A stretch of DNA of 64,000 bases. It comes from Balanoglossus misakiensis (Eukaryota > Animalia > Hemichordata). The DNA lies in NCBI GenBank assembly GCA_040954595.2, contig CM082587.2, forward strand, positions 186,001-250,000. The letters are read 5' to 3'. The notes below the pieces were generated by a model. The model was given only the letters and a program-made list of their open reading frames with translations, made no database searches and was not told where the DNA came from. The position numbers and the translations under genes were made by a program. The first letter of the stretch is position 1, and the number at the start of each line of letters is the position of its first letter. Below, piece after piece: positions 23,141 to 34,903 of the stretch.

Positions 23141-24598
23141 ATGACGAAAGTTATAACAGTGTTCGGAGCGACGGGTGCCCAAGGAGGGTCAGTAGTAAAA
23201 GCTCTACTGGGTGATCCACAGTTCAAAGTCCGAGCCGTAACCCGTGACCCCAACTCGCCCGAAGCAAGTGCACTGGCCGCTCATGGCGCTGAAGTCGTAC
23301 GTGCTGATTATGCAAACAAGGAAAGTCTGGCAAATGCTCTGCAGGGCGTATACGGCTGTTTTGTTGTGACAAGGTCCCAATTCGGGGTTCCAAATTTCGA
23401 GGAAATTGAAGTCAAACAAGGGGAGAACATTGCTGATGTATGTGCCGTCTTAAAAATACAACATGTTGTGTTTTCCTTGAAGCCACACGTCAGAAAAGTC
23501 ATTGGAATTGTCGCAAGACATTGTGATGCCAAGGCCAGAATAGAAGATTATATGAATGAACTAAACTTACCACTAACATCTGTTATCGTTCCATTTACAT
23601 TTGAAAATCTTCTGTCGACTTTTAAACCAAGAACCGTGGACTTTCAACAGTCAAACCTAGGTAAGAAAGAAAAGAGTTAATTAGAACTGTGTTGAATAAA
23701 CCGCTGGTTGATATTGTTGATAATCTTGAGATTTTGTATGCTCCATCATGTTCTAGTGATTTATCACTGACCAAGAGAATGCACATAGAGATTGGATGGA
23801 AAATGGTTAGATTTATGGTGGTGGTGACTCCTCTGGCAATGGCGATATCGTCATCATCATCATCATCATCATCATCATCGCTGCTGCCATCACCAGTATT
23901 GTTATTTGAAAGGTGAATTCCAAACGGAAATGAAAACTAAATAGCATTTTCAATTTCCTTTTTTTAGAAATTCCAATGGGAGAAGTTCCACTGGACGGTA
24001 TGTCAGTTGACCAAGTTGGAGAATGCATTAAAAGCATTTTCTGCAATCCTACTGCCTACATCAGCAAAACGCTATCGCTGTCTGCCGACAAACTAACGAT
24101 CAGAGAGTACGCCTCCACTATAAGTCGACATTGTCAGCCATTCATCGTCAGAGATGCACAGGTATGTAGTTCTTTATATTACCTCAAAGAAATCACCTTT
24201 AAACAGAAAATATGTATTTTCTAAGCTGTACAGACAGACAGACAGACAGACAGACAGGCTGACTGACAGTCACATCTTAAATACTAGTACGGAGAGACCA
24301 GCAATGGTATGGACTCTCTGTCTTTGTCTCCCTCCCTCAAACACACATTCATAAAATGAAACATTTAAATCTACGAGTTTTATATTGCATTTTGTCCGTG
24401 TTTTTTTAGGTGACAACAGACGACTTCCGACGAAGCGGAAAGGAAGGAGCTGAGGACTATGGGAACATGTTTGAGTTTTTCCAGCGAGTCGATCAGCGTC
24501 ACAACATGAGGCTGACAAAGACTTTAAATCCACAAATCAAAACCTTTGACAATTGGGTCAGAGAAAATATCACACGAATTCAGACTGCTGTGCGTTAG
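23141..24598 (+). CDS. NMRAL1: NmrA-like family domain-containing protein (atypical SDR, NADP(H) sensor)
   Basis: Exons 23141-23660, 23968-24161, 24410-24598. VFGATGAQGGSV Rossmann motif, VRAVTRDP, HCDAK, PMGEVPLDGMSVDQVG. A possible upstream exon ends near 22486. Confidence 0.88.
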
Positions 24599-25723
24599 AG
24601 AGTACATTGTGTTGTCGGATAATTCTTAATTTTTAATTTGCATCATGGTGCCGTCCCCACGTTTTTCAGCAAAACTTGTATAGCAATTATTAACTGATAT
24701 CAGTTGTAATTTGTTAATATTTTAGAACACTTACAGTGTGTTGTTATTCAATAAGACTATCTTCTGTGGAATTATGTTTGGAATCAAAAGCATCTTAGGT
24801 GTATTTACTTGACAAGGGAAAATAAAATATGTTTGAAAACTCTATTCGGATTTTCAATTTGATCCCGCTTGATATTCTTGGGGGTCTGGAAGATTGTGTT
24901 CATAGATCTTGACAGTAGTGGGGTGGTCTGGAGGGTATTGCCCTTCCCGAAGCCTTTGAACTTTCAGCAACCAGAATTTGAAGGAAGTAGGAAAGTGTGA
25001 GGTGTAACATGTACCAAGTTTTCAGAATCAAACAACATTAAAAAAGAAAAAAAAGAAACATTATTAGACATGGCTGAACAAAATATTTTTATTAAATGTT
25101 CAACCATAAAAAAACACACTAAATATCATGTAAGATTCTTTGTACAAAGTTGACACGATTCTCTCCCCTATTTACACCACATATTATCTTAATCATCAGA
25201 TTTTTGTGTGTTTGTCCAAAAGAAAGACAAAAACTGTCACTCAAAAGTTGCTACCAAGGCATTTCAAACATACAACTTTTACAAAAGTCGCTTATACAAT
25301 GCAAGATAAAAATAACAATTTCTGAAACTATCAGTCATGTCATTTATATTTTGGCTAATTAGAAGATACCTATCCTCCAATGAAAAAAAAGCGAAAAGAG
25401 TCCTTAGTAGTGACTGGGAATCCTTGATCCGGTAAACAAATTGTTTAAATCAAATAAATGCCAATAATGGAACAAAATGGAATATTGTATGTCAGAAAGA
25501 AAATTTGTCTTTTATTCACAGCAGGAATTTGACATCACATCTGTACTTCTGCACAAACTGGCAAAAAATGTTTGGTTATTTTGGAACACGATTTCAGGAT
25601 TCACATCACAAACTACATGTAAGTTCTGTGGTTGCATGGATAAAAACAGGTAGGCGATATACATGTACTGCAATTGAAGCACATCCACATGTGGTTAAGA
25701 ACAACACGAAACACTGCCCTCTA

Positions 25724-28700
25724 TCAATGAGCTGCAACATTCTTTCCTTTTGACTGGACTGGTCCAAGCTGTGGTCTATCCTTGACAGAAAATTCCTGCA
25801 CCAGTGTGGCACGTGTGTCTGCTGGGACCTGAGACAATAACTGATCAGCATAAAACACGGTCTGTCAAGAGAAAGTATACAACACAGAGAATTAATTGCA
25901 GCAGAAGCAAAAGATCTGTTCAGCTAGGAGCCCAGTACAGAGTTTTATCATTGTTTCAATCAAGTTACATCAACATGTTGTTCTGAGACAAAATTCTGCA
26001 TTATTTCAGAGAACTGACCTTTGGCCCACTAGTAGTCTGTATACCAACAGATCTTGTCTTGACTCCACGTAGTCTGTTCAGCTTACTGGTGGGAGACAAA
26101 GCTCGCTGTGTCTGTGTGTTCAATGTAAGGCTCTTGGGTCTTGGCACCAATCCCAGGTCTCCTAATTTGTAATGAGGTCCAGTCCCCCTCGCTATGGGTG
26201 ACAGAGGAACTTGGCTGTCAGATGGGAGGCAAACAGAATCATTAAAATGTCAGTACTTGTAGATGTGTTGAGGTGTAGTGTGGTTTGTTTGTTTTACACC
26301 TCTGCAACTTGCAGAGTGAAACCTGTCTACGCTATAATCCCAGATTATTTTCTCCCCTGGTGACCTATAATGTTGTAAGCTTGTTCACCCTTTGAACATG
26401 ATTCAGAAGAAAAACAATAACAAATACCATACCATACCATATCATATCAATAGTGGTTTTGCCTAGAATTACATGCAAAACAAACAGGTGAACATGTGGA
26501 ACTTACCCTCTTCTTAACCCTTTGCCACTTCCAGGCAAAGGACTGGCACTTTTCCGGTAAGTCGGTTTAGCCTCCTTTGCAAATTCTGCTGGAGCCGGTC
26601 CCACACCGATGGCAGCAGCACTATTCAAGATCACTAGAAGGTTTTCCAGCATACCATCTCTGGCAGAGATCTCATCAAAATCGGAATCATCGGAATCTAT
26701 TTCATCCTGTTTTTTTGTCTGTAATCATCACAGCATTCAAAGAGTATTTTATTTATCTTGCATGCAGACTGTTCAAAACTTCTATATGGAACAAGTGATT
26801 GCTCATAATATAATATAGATAAAAATTCAGTTAAATAAACACTGGGCTAATCCAATGTTAACAAAGTGTTACAATGGTTCTGGCACTGTGTATGTCATTT
26901 CTGCACTGAGATACACAAGTTCTTACAACTGTTACATGAATGCCTAAACTAGTTTTGTACATTGTATGAAATCCAGACTCACCTTCAGAATAATCTTCAG
27001 TGACTCTGCAGCTTCTCGTAATATCAGTTCTAACTTTCTCTTCTCTTTCTTCAGACCATCGGCTTCTTTCAAGTTCATTTCCAGCATTTCCTGCATTGTC
27101 TCATTCTCTTTTCCAATCTTCTGTAGTTCTTCTCTAACAGACTCTGACTGTTGCCGTAGTAACATAGACTCAGCCTCAAGCTCCTGGTACTCTTGTTCTC
27201 TCATTTCATATTCTGCCAACATGGCTTCCTGTTGTTTGGCTTTCTCTGTCAGCATTCTTATTACCTGGAATGGGGAAGATATTGATTAGAATCAGGCTGC
27301 ATTGTCCAAATTTAAATGTTTAATTAATATTGCTGTATTTCAAAGGGTTATTGAAAATGAGACATTATGTTTATACTTGATATATGCAATTGTTGCTTTC
27401 CCCAAGTAACATGGAAATGTTGATAAACTTCTGGGTGAAAAATGTTCTCAGTTCTAATTATTTAATCTGCCATTCTCTTCTAATTTTAATTGAAAAAAAG
27501 CAAAAAAATCAACGAAACTTGAAGTGTCTGACAATGTTTACCTTCTGATTACTGTGGTTTTTCTTTGCCAACTCCTTTTCATTCGTTTCCATCATATCTA
27601 TCTGTTGTTTCATCTTCTTCTCCTTTGCCCTCAGATCATCATTTTCTTGGATCATTTCTTGAGTCTTGTCTGACATCTTGGCCAGCTGTGCATTAATACT
27701 GACATTCTCTCGTATAGTCCTCTTGGTGGTGTCTGCCATCTGTTTGTTGGACACCTTGCGGAACTCAGCAGCAACCTGATTGACACGTTGAACCATTTCT
27801 TTCTTAAGCCTGGAGAAACAACAGAAATAATTCATCTTCAGTGGGTGCATATGTACAAGTATGGTTTGACTGTGCATTGTTTTATCAAAATGGTATTTAA
27901 AGAAAAGCTCACAATATCAATATCGTACCTGTCTTTATCAACAACAGCTTTCCTTTCAAGGGAATAAATCACATCTTTGTGGTCCTTTTTTTGAAGATCA
28001 AGCTCTTCTTCAATCTGTGCAAATTTGTGCATCAAGTCTTCCTTCTGAACTTTGAACTCTTCAAGGGATGAAAGCTTGCCACCTGAATGAAAATAAAATA
28101 AAGATCAACTACCTTAAAGGATATATTTCATCCCAGTACATTCGTATTCTGATGTATTTCATCTCATAAAACATTAATCCCATTCTCTGAATGAGCAAGT
28201 TTGGTGAACATGGACTCTGATGAGTGAATGACTGAATCTGCTCCTAATTTGAATACATGTACTTAGTTTACAATAAATACTTACCCAATATCATATTTTC
28301 TGATGTGAGTTGATCTTTTGTTTCTTGGTACTCCAACCGAAACTGTGTCAGCTGAGATTCATAGGCATCTTTTTCAGCATCTTTGGCTTGTTGGAGACCT
28401 ACCAACCTGTCGTTCAAATCAGCAATTTCATCGCCACGCTGTTCAAGTTGTTTTTTTAAGAAAGTAACAATTTCTTTTTTGTCATGGGCCATCTGATCAT
28501 ACTGGGATTTGAATTCTCCATTTTTAACTTCAAGTTCGTCACACTTCTTCTGGTACCTAAAATAAAAGATGGTAAAGTTGTTTATGTTTATTTATTTATT
28601 TATTAAGCATTTACTAAATCAGCAGCACCCCTCCTCAAAAACACATTTATACATGTACACATATGTATATATATGTAGAGAAATATATACATGTAAACAA

Positions 28701-28811
28701 ACAGATATAAATAACAAAAGAAAACGATTGTTTAAATTCTGTAAGTCATATACATACAAAACATATGATCCCTTGAATTTTATGAAAATGGTGGTGGTGG
28801 AGGTGATGATA

Positions 28812-28879
<68 letters not shown>

Positions 28880-29160
28880 ACAATAATATATACAACCATG
28901 GCACTACTGTGATAAAACACACAGTGGCCCATACAACACACCTATCATGCAACATGTACATGATAATTCATTCTCAAATAAAGTTATATTTACCTGGACA
29001 ATCTCGCTTCCAAATCACGGATTTGGATCAGGAAGAACTCTTTGCTCAGTTCTGATAGGCTTTCACTCGATGGTGCCGAGGAAGAACGTGCCGATTTCTT
29101 TCCACTTTTCTTCCCACTTTTCTTTCCTTTCTTCTTACCTCCCTTTTTCTTCGGCGGCAT
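25724..29160 (-). CDS. CFAP157: Cilia- and flagella-associated protein 157 (coiled coil)
   Basis: About 8 exons (~28994-29160, 28285-28556, 27929-28082, 27543-27810, 26983-27265, 26507-26718, 26019-26214, 25724-25861). [11 protein letters not shown]...[50 protein letters not shown] and [30 protein letters not shown] match CFAP157 as I recall it. Confidence 0.9.
28812..28878. repeat. (GAT)n microsatellite in CFAP157 intron 1
   Basis: Directly visible. Similar (CAT)n tracts lie at ~23850-23879 and ~30623-30740. Confidence 0.95.
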
Positions 29161-29704
29161 ATTAGTTGGCTATTTTCTGCTTTATAGTCCCGACAAATAA
29201 ATGCAATTATTATGACCTTCAATGGCGTTACGTCGCGACGGCGTAACCACTTCTATTCTTCCGCGTAAATCGCGACTGGCACGCCGATCCTACGGCGGCG
29301 AACCCTTAGGCGGTTCGATGGATCCCTAACAGACTGGTAATGATATAAGAAAAATTCAGAGAAACGAGTTTTGTCCAGGATATATTACATTTTCCTGTAT
29401 AAGATAGTCCTCGATCACTGTTCAAGTAGACGACTCCATAGCTGTACTGTTGTCAAGGTGTGACGTCACTCAAATAGAAACCGTGGGTTCGTTTGACCGT
29501 CTTTCCTTCCTCCAGTGTCACTGGAGAAAGCAAAACACCAACATACCCGGAAGTATAAAGCCGGTTGTCGATGTCAACAGTGCTAGTGACATGGGTAATG
29601 TTTACGTTTATGCACGATCATGTATATCTGTAGCTAGTAGTAGCGTGTGTGTTTGGGACGAAATCACAGATTGCCTAGTTATATTCTAGAGAGACAGACT
29701 ACCG
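29161..29704. promoter_or_regulatory. Bidirectional promoter region between CFAP157 and PIGC
   Basis: Divergent ATGs ~545 bp apart, CpG-rich, with CRE TGACGTCA at 29461-29468 and ETS CCGGAAGT at ~29548-29555. Confidence 0.6.
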
Positions 29705-30662
29705 ATGTTGCCCCGTTTGACACTCGACATGGTTGTGGAAGGGAGGCAAAAGTGGAAGAAAGTGCTTTATGATGATCAAGGCAAACCTGATAACTATGTC
29801 GACGAGTCGTTTCTAGACGAAATGAAGAAAAATGGTAAATAAATTGATATTTTGTGTCTATCATCAACCTAAGAAATATACTGATATGTGTTGATGGCAT
29901 TTAAAAACAATTTCCCATTAATATTTATGATATTGATGACAATATTATATATATTCAAAAACTTATTTTCAATCTGTCTTTTCCAATTCAAGTCAATATC
30001 AGAACTTATGAGTTATGGAATGTGATCAGTGAGTCAGGTCTAGTATCTCAGCAGCTCAGTAGGTAAGTTAGTCTACATTATTAGACTTGATTGGGGGGGG
30101 GGGTAATTTGTGCCATATTTTATCACGGGGGGGGGGGGGGTGTTTTGACTGAGGATGAAGTTTTTCCCTAGTTTGAAATACCAATTTACACATCATTTTT
30201 GCCTATCCATATTTTAAAATATGATAACTATTTTTATCATCTTGAGTTGTTGTTTTTTTTTCTTTGTAGCATCTGTCTTTTTGTGGTTGCTTTTATTTAC
30301 ATGGACAAGGGTGACCTTTCACCCCAAGTTCTGTTCACTATCAGCTGCTGTGCAACAGTACTAGGTTATATCATTTATGATGTCATTGATGAGGGACTTG
30401 GACGACATCAGTATGGTAGAACCAGTAAGTAGTCAAATAATTCTAATCTTAACATTCTATGAATCCAACATATCTACGGAACTCACATAAGATGCAATGT
30501 AATGTGGAGAGATTTCATAAAAAGTGTCCATTTGATGACATCAAATGATGAGCGTCAGCTGATATAGGAATTTTAAGTCCTTAATTCCAGCCCCAACCCC
30601 AAGAAACTTAATTGGTTTCTATTCATCATCATCATCACCACCACCATTGTCATCATCACCAC

Positions 30663-30740
<78 letters not shown>

Positions 30741-33700
30741 GTTCTCCAATATGATTATTGACTATGCACATTGATTTTCTCAGGATTAGATGATTTGAAG
30801 TCAGTGTGTTTATTCTTAACGGCAGCAGTTGGACTATCACCAATCTTAAAAACATTGACAGATTCAATCAGTACAGATACAATCTATGCCATGACTGTAA
30901 GTACCATATTGTCAAACTCAGCTGTGGTTCTCATGGGTTGGCTGAACTTTTTTTACTTTTGTTTATAAATTGTCACACTTTCATTGACGGTCCAGTAATT
31001 ATAAAGGTCAACTTACTTTTTTGGATTTGTTTTCAGTATTTTTATTGTGTTTATCAACCGTTGTATGTTAATTGTTTATATATATATTGCTTTTTTCAGG
31101 TTTGCATGTTTCTTGGCAACCTGTTATTTTATGATTACAGAACAACAGGGGTGATGTAAGTATTTTATGCTTGTGTGTTTGTCTGGACTGTGAGAATGTG
31201 GGCTTTCTCTCATGCTCCCAATCTATTTTGTAAATAGCGCCCCCTAGCCATCCCCATTGTTTACCTAACAGTGCAGATATGCACAGAGCAACATTTTCCA
31301 TGAGTGAATAATCAACAACCCTTCTGCCCACTGATAACCTTTGGTGCTTTGATGGCAGTCTTAACCCCATAAAACAGCTAAACAGTTCATACATTATAAT
31401 GATTAACCTGAAGGTAGAGCTGTTGTCAAGAGCAACCAGTTTTCATCTTGTTATGTCTCTGATATTTCCTCAAGATCCACAGGCATGACAATGCTCTGGT
31501 TCATGTTAATGTTTAAATAACATTACTGTACATTAGAATAACTTCTTTACATACATGTACATGAAGTAGTTGTACTGTTTTTTCAATACATTTTGTATCT
31601 TTGTGCAAATTGTGTGATATTATGTGTCTTTTTATATTAAGAAAAAACAGACCTGGTTGATGTTTGTTATGAATCAATAAGGAATCAGAATAAGCTTTGT
31701 AAATCATCACAGTAAAAATATGCTTTTATGGAATTTATCTATACTAAACTCCTTTGTCTCTGAAGTGTAAGTGTCACAGCCAAACTGAGGATCATGCAAC
31801 ATAGTGAATCACTCACTCGCCTGAAACTGCAACTAAATGAAGCACAAGTGAATAAGAGTCCTTTTCATGCAAGATCTGAAATTTCAATTCGTACATCACC
31901 CCCAAATTTTCTATTTCCCCAATGTGTGCAGTTGTAACCATCTCACTGAAATCAGTAATGGTTTGACAAGCCCTCTAATTTTGGAAGGGCCAAACAATCA
32001 CCAATCAATCAATCAATCAATCAAAGTTAGATTTGATAATGTTCCGGACCAAATCAGTGCCAGGAAAATCTATAGCAATCATTCCCCATCTATGTTTCTC
32101 CGGCTGTTTTGTCAAAAAGTCATAAGTCTTGGGATTAATACATTCTGCCACTGCATCCGGATGAGCCAAGACACTTGATCCACTGGTATACGTCAAATAG
32201 AAAGTTTCCCGAGGGCCATCCCTGGCTTTCAAGAGATGTGTCTCCACATTTGCCCACTTATCATTAATATCGCTGTCACTCGTGCTGGGCACGTCCCACT
32301 GATCAGCGATATCCAGTGCATGGTACCATATTCCCATTGGTGGCCCTCCAAAATCCTGCAGGATGACTATTTTTCCCCGTACCTCTTCAAGTTTTGGTAT
32401 TTTATTTATAACCCAGAAATACTTTTCATCATATTCTGCCAGGATTTCTTTGAAAGTGTCGTTGAAAGAGCGCGTACAGCCCTCTTCGGTGTGTTCTTCT
32501 CGGACACGCATAATAATGGCATCTCTGAAATACTTATCCAAAAATCGGATGCATTCTTTTAGAACATCATGAAAGTTAGCATTCTGATATACGATACCAT
32601 GATGTATAGGCAATCCGTCTTGGTAGTGACGACAGCGAATGTCTAGGAATTTGACGCCAGCCTCCAGCTGTTCATAGAGCGACCAACTTTGACATTGGGT
32701 TAGAGAGCCACCATAACCTTCAAAGGTCCAAGTATTATGCGTCCCAGGTATGGACAACTCCGTGATGTATGCATTATCACGGATATTGGTCATCCAGTCT
32801 GGCCATTTGGACTCAGGACTTTCATCTTTGCTGTAATATGGTGATTTTGAAGAGCTGTTACCCATGCTGTATATGCCAAAGCCTAGTCTCAGTCGGGTGG
32901 AACAAAGTAAAACCCCGCTCAGACACCTACAAATTTACAACCTCAATATATCACACCTTTTGAATTATTAACACCAAATGGAATAGGTAATGTGTAACCA
33001 GTTAAAACCCACTGTATTTCTTCTCTGCCTGTGTTTTCTCTGCGTGCCATGTTATCTTGTATTCAGATTAACTGTGATAGTAAAGTCAAGGCAATATTAA
33101 CAGGACAAATACCTAACTAGGCCAGGAACAAGTGACTCACATACAAATGAATCGTCTGAACTCATAAGAGCAACTGATATTGGTTTAAAGCTGGTTTATT
33201 TGATCAAGGCCAATTTTTGTCCAGTCATGTGATATTTCCAAGGTTAAGTTGTTGTGATTAAGGGATAAAACCTTTACTATTAAACCTCCTTGTGACTGAG
33301 TTACCGTAAATGTATATTATATGCTTGGGCAACAAGTTGAATGGCATAGCAAGCATTTTTTGATAACTTGAATTCCCTAAGGGTGAAAAATGGGGTTTCC
33401 GCCTGGATATTTCCCACCCAAAAACAGGGTTAGGGATTGGGTAATAATCCAGATAGTAAAAGTCTGAGGGTTACTGTACTAGATCCTAAATGGATGTTGT
33501 AACACTTTTGACAATATATGTCTTCAATAACAGTATACATTCCAACCTGAGTCAATGGCCACCTCTGTATAGTGGTTACTTATCTGTAGCGGCCATGTTG
33601 TTACATTCCATGTGTAATTGACATGTGCATTAAAGGTATACAGTCACCTCCAATGTACATACACCCTTATATGGCTGAAATGGAGTATTTGAGCGTTCTA

Positions 33701-34903
33701 AAGAACATACGGTGGCGCTCTTTTTTTCGCGTGTGCCACCCACTGAAAATCTGTGATTGGCTAGATCTCATTTTGCTATGGTAACTATAGCTAATTTTCC
33801 ATGGGTGACCGTATACCTTTAATTGATCCGTCCATGAAGGCGACCTGTCTATAAAGGCCAATTCAGAAAGTCCTTTGACTGGCCGCTATGGACCGACTTG
33901 ATTGTACTTTAATACAAAATATAAGTTGGCTATGAACATCACCAATACGTCTTGTTTTTTTTTAACAGAACGACGAATGCGCTGTCTCTGAATGCGGCAA
34001 TATTTGCCTCTGTGTGCCTGGCTTCTAGACTACCCACAACATGGCATACACTGACTACAGTGGCATTAGCAATGCAAGTCTTTGCACTCTGGCCAGTACT
34101 CCGGAGAAAACTAAAGGTAAATGAAAATGGAATGGATGGGAATGTTGTCAGAGGTCAAGGAATTGTAAGCAGGGACTATACTGATCCTGAAAGTCATGGA
34201 ATTTGAAAATTGTTCATGGAAAATCCTTGAAAGTCCCAGAGTGGGTTCAGTATTCATTCCATGCTCAGTAATAAATAGATTTTATTTCAAGATTTAGATT
34301 TTTCTATATCATCTGCCATTAATGCATAACTCTCATTATTTTATCCATTTCAGAATCACATCTCCCGCTCACAGGTCGTCATGACCTGGATCCTTGCAAC
34401 TGTTGCTATGGCAGCATTGTTTACAGTCAGTAAAGTTGGTGCAGTGTTTTTTCTACTCCTTCACATGGCAATAACATTCCTCTTTCCATTCTGGTTGATC
34501 AAACTACAGCCCTACAAAAAGTGAGTCATACAACAGTTTTACCTGTTTCATACATTTCAGATTGTCTTCATTTCAATTTTCTTTCTTTCAAACATTCTTC
34601 ATTGACTTTTGGTTAACAGTTGTTATATATTTCCTCCAGTGTCACTACTTTAAAGTACAAGACCAAATGTCCATACATGTATGTACAGAAAATGTACAGC
34701 AAGGAAAGTTTCCAAAATAAAAATTGGATAACAATGCAACAACCAGTTTTTCCAACCAGAGATTCTTTTTACTAATTTTATTATGAGCAGTCTAAAATTG
34801 GCCTCTTTCCTTTGTACTTGATTACTCATCAATTTGAATTTCTCTATTTATCTCCAGTAACATCTATGGACCATGGGATGAAGCAGTCATCAAAGACAGG
34901 TGA
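29705..34903 (+). CDS. PIGC: Phosphatidylinositol N-acetylglucosaminyltransferase subunit C (GPI2/PIG-C)
   Basis: Exons 29705-29834, 29993-30062, 30270-30424, 30784-30896, 31100-31155, 33969-34116, 34354-34520, 34858-34903 join in frame. Motifs [66 protein letters not shown]. Start may be 29729. Confidence 0.95.
32017..32865 (-). CDS. Bacterial-type PI-specific phospholipase C (PI-PLC X domain, B. cereus/Listeria PlcA-like family), single coding exon, nested in PIGC intron 5
   Basis: Intact 282-aa ORF with DWM...SIPGTHNT (H43), [22 protein letters not shown] (D75, R77), IHHG (H89), [14 protein letters not shown] and WGMIAIDFP (D266). N-terminus MGNSSSK, no signal peptide. Confidence 0.93.
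   Translation of the reverse strand: MGNSSSKSPYYSKDESPESKWPDWMTNIRDNAYITELSIPGTHNTWTFEGYGGSLTQCQSWSLYEQLEAGVKFLDIRCRHYQDGLPIHHGIVYQNANFHDVLKECIRFLDKYFRDAIIMRVREEHTEEGCTRSFNDTFKEILAEYDEKYFWVINKIPKLEEVRGKIVILQDFGGPPMGIWYHALDIADQWDVPSTSDSDINDKWANVETHLLKARDGPRETFYLTYTSGSSVLAHPDAVAECINPKTYDFLTKQPEKHRWGMIAIDFPGTDLVRNIIKSNFD
33535..33906. mobile_element. Degenerate TA-flanked MITE (Tc1/mariner-like ends) carrying a nested insertion
   Basis: Ends TACATTCCAACCTG...GGCCAC and GGCCGCTATGGACCGACTTGATTGTA are imperfect inverted repeats. Family assignment is from recall. Confidence 0.4.
33630..33822. mobile_element. TTAA-flanked MITE (Kolobok-like)
   Basis: TTAA-AGGTATACAGTCACC...GGTGACCGTATACCT-TTAA: a 15-bp TIR with 1 mismatch, and TTAA duplicated at 33630-33633 and 33819-33822. 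Confidence 0.8.

Noticed and set aside
29281-29330. tRNA-like GGTTCGAT hairpin in the CFAP157/PIGC promoter
   Set aside because: No cloverleaf, A-box or acceptor stem; only a short hairpin.
28569-30867. Poly-Met, poly-His and poly-Asp ORFs
   Set aside because: Translations of intronic (GAT/CAT)n microsatellites.
32236-32572. Plus-strand ORFs overlapping the PI-PLC
   Set aside because: Antisense shadow frames with no recognisable motifs.
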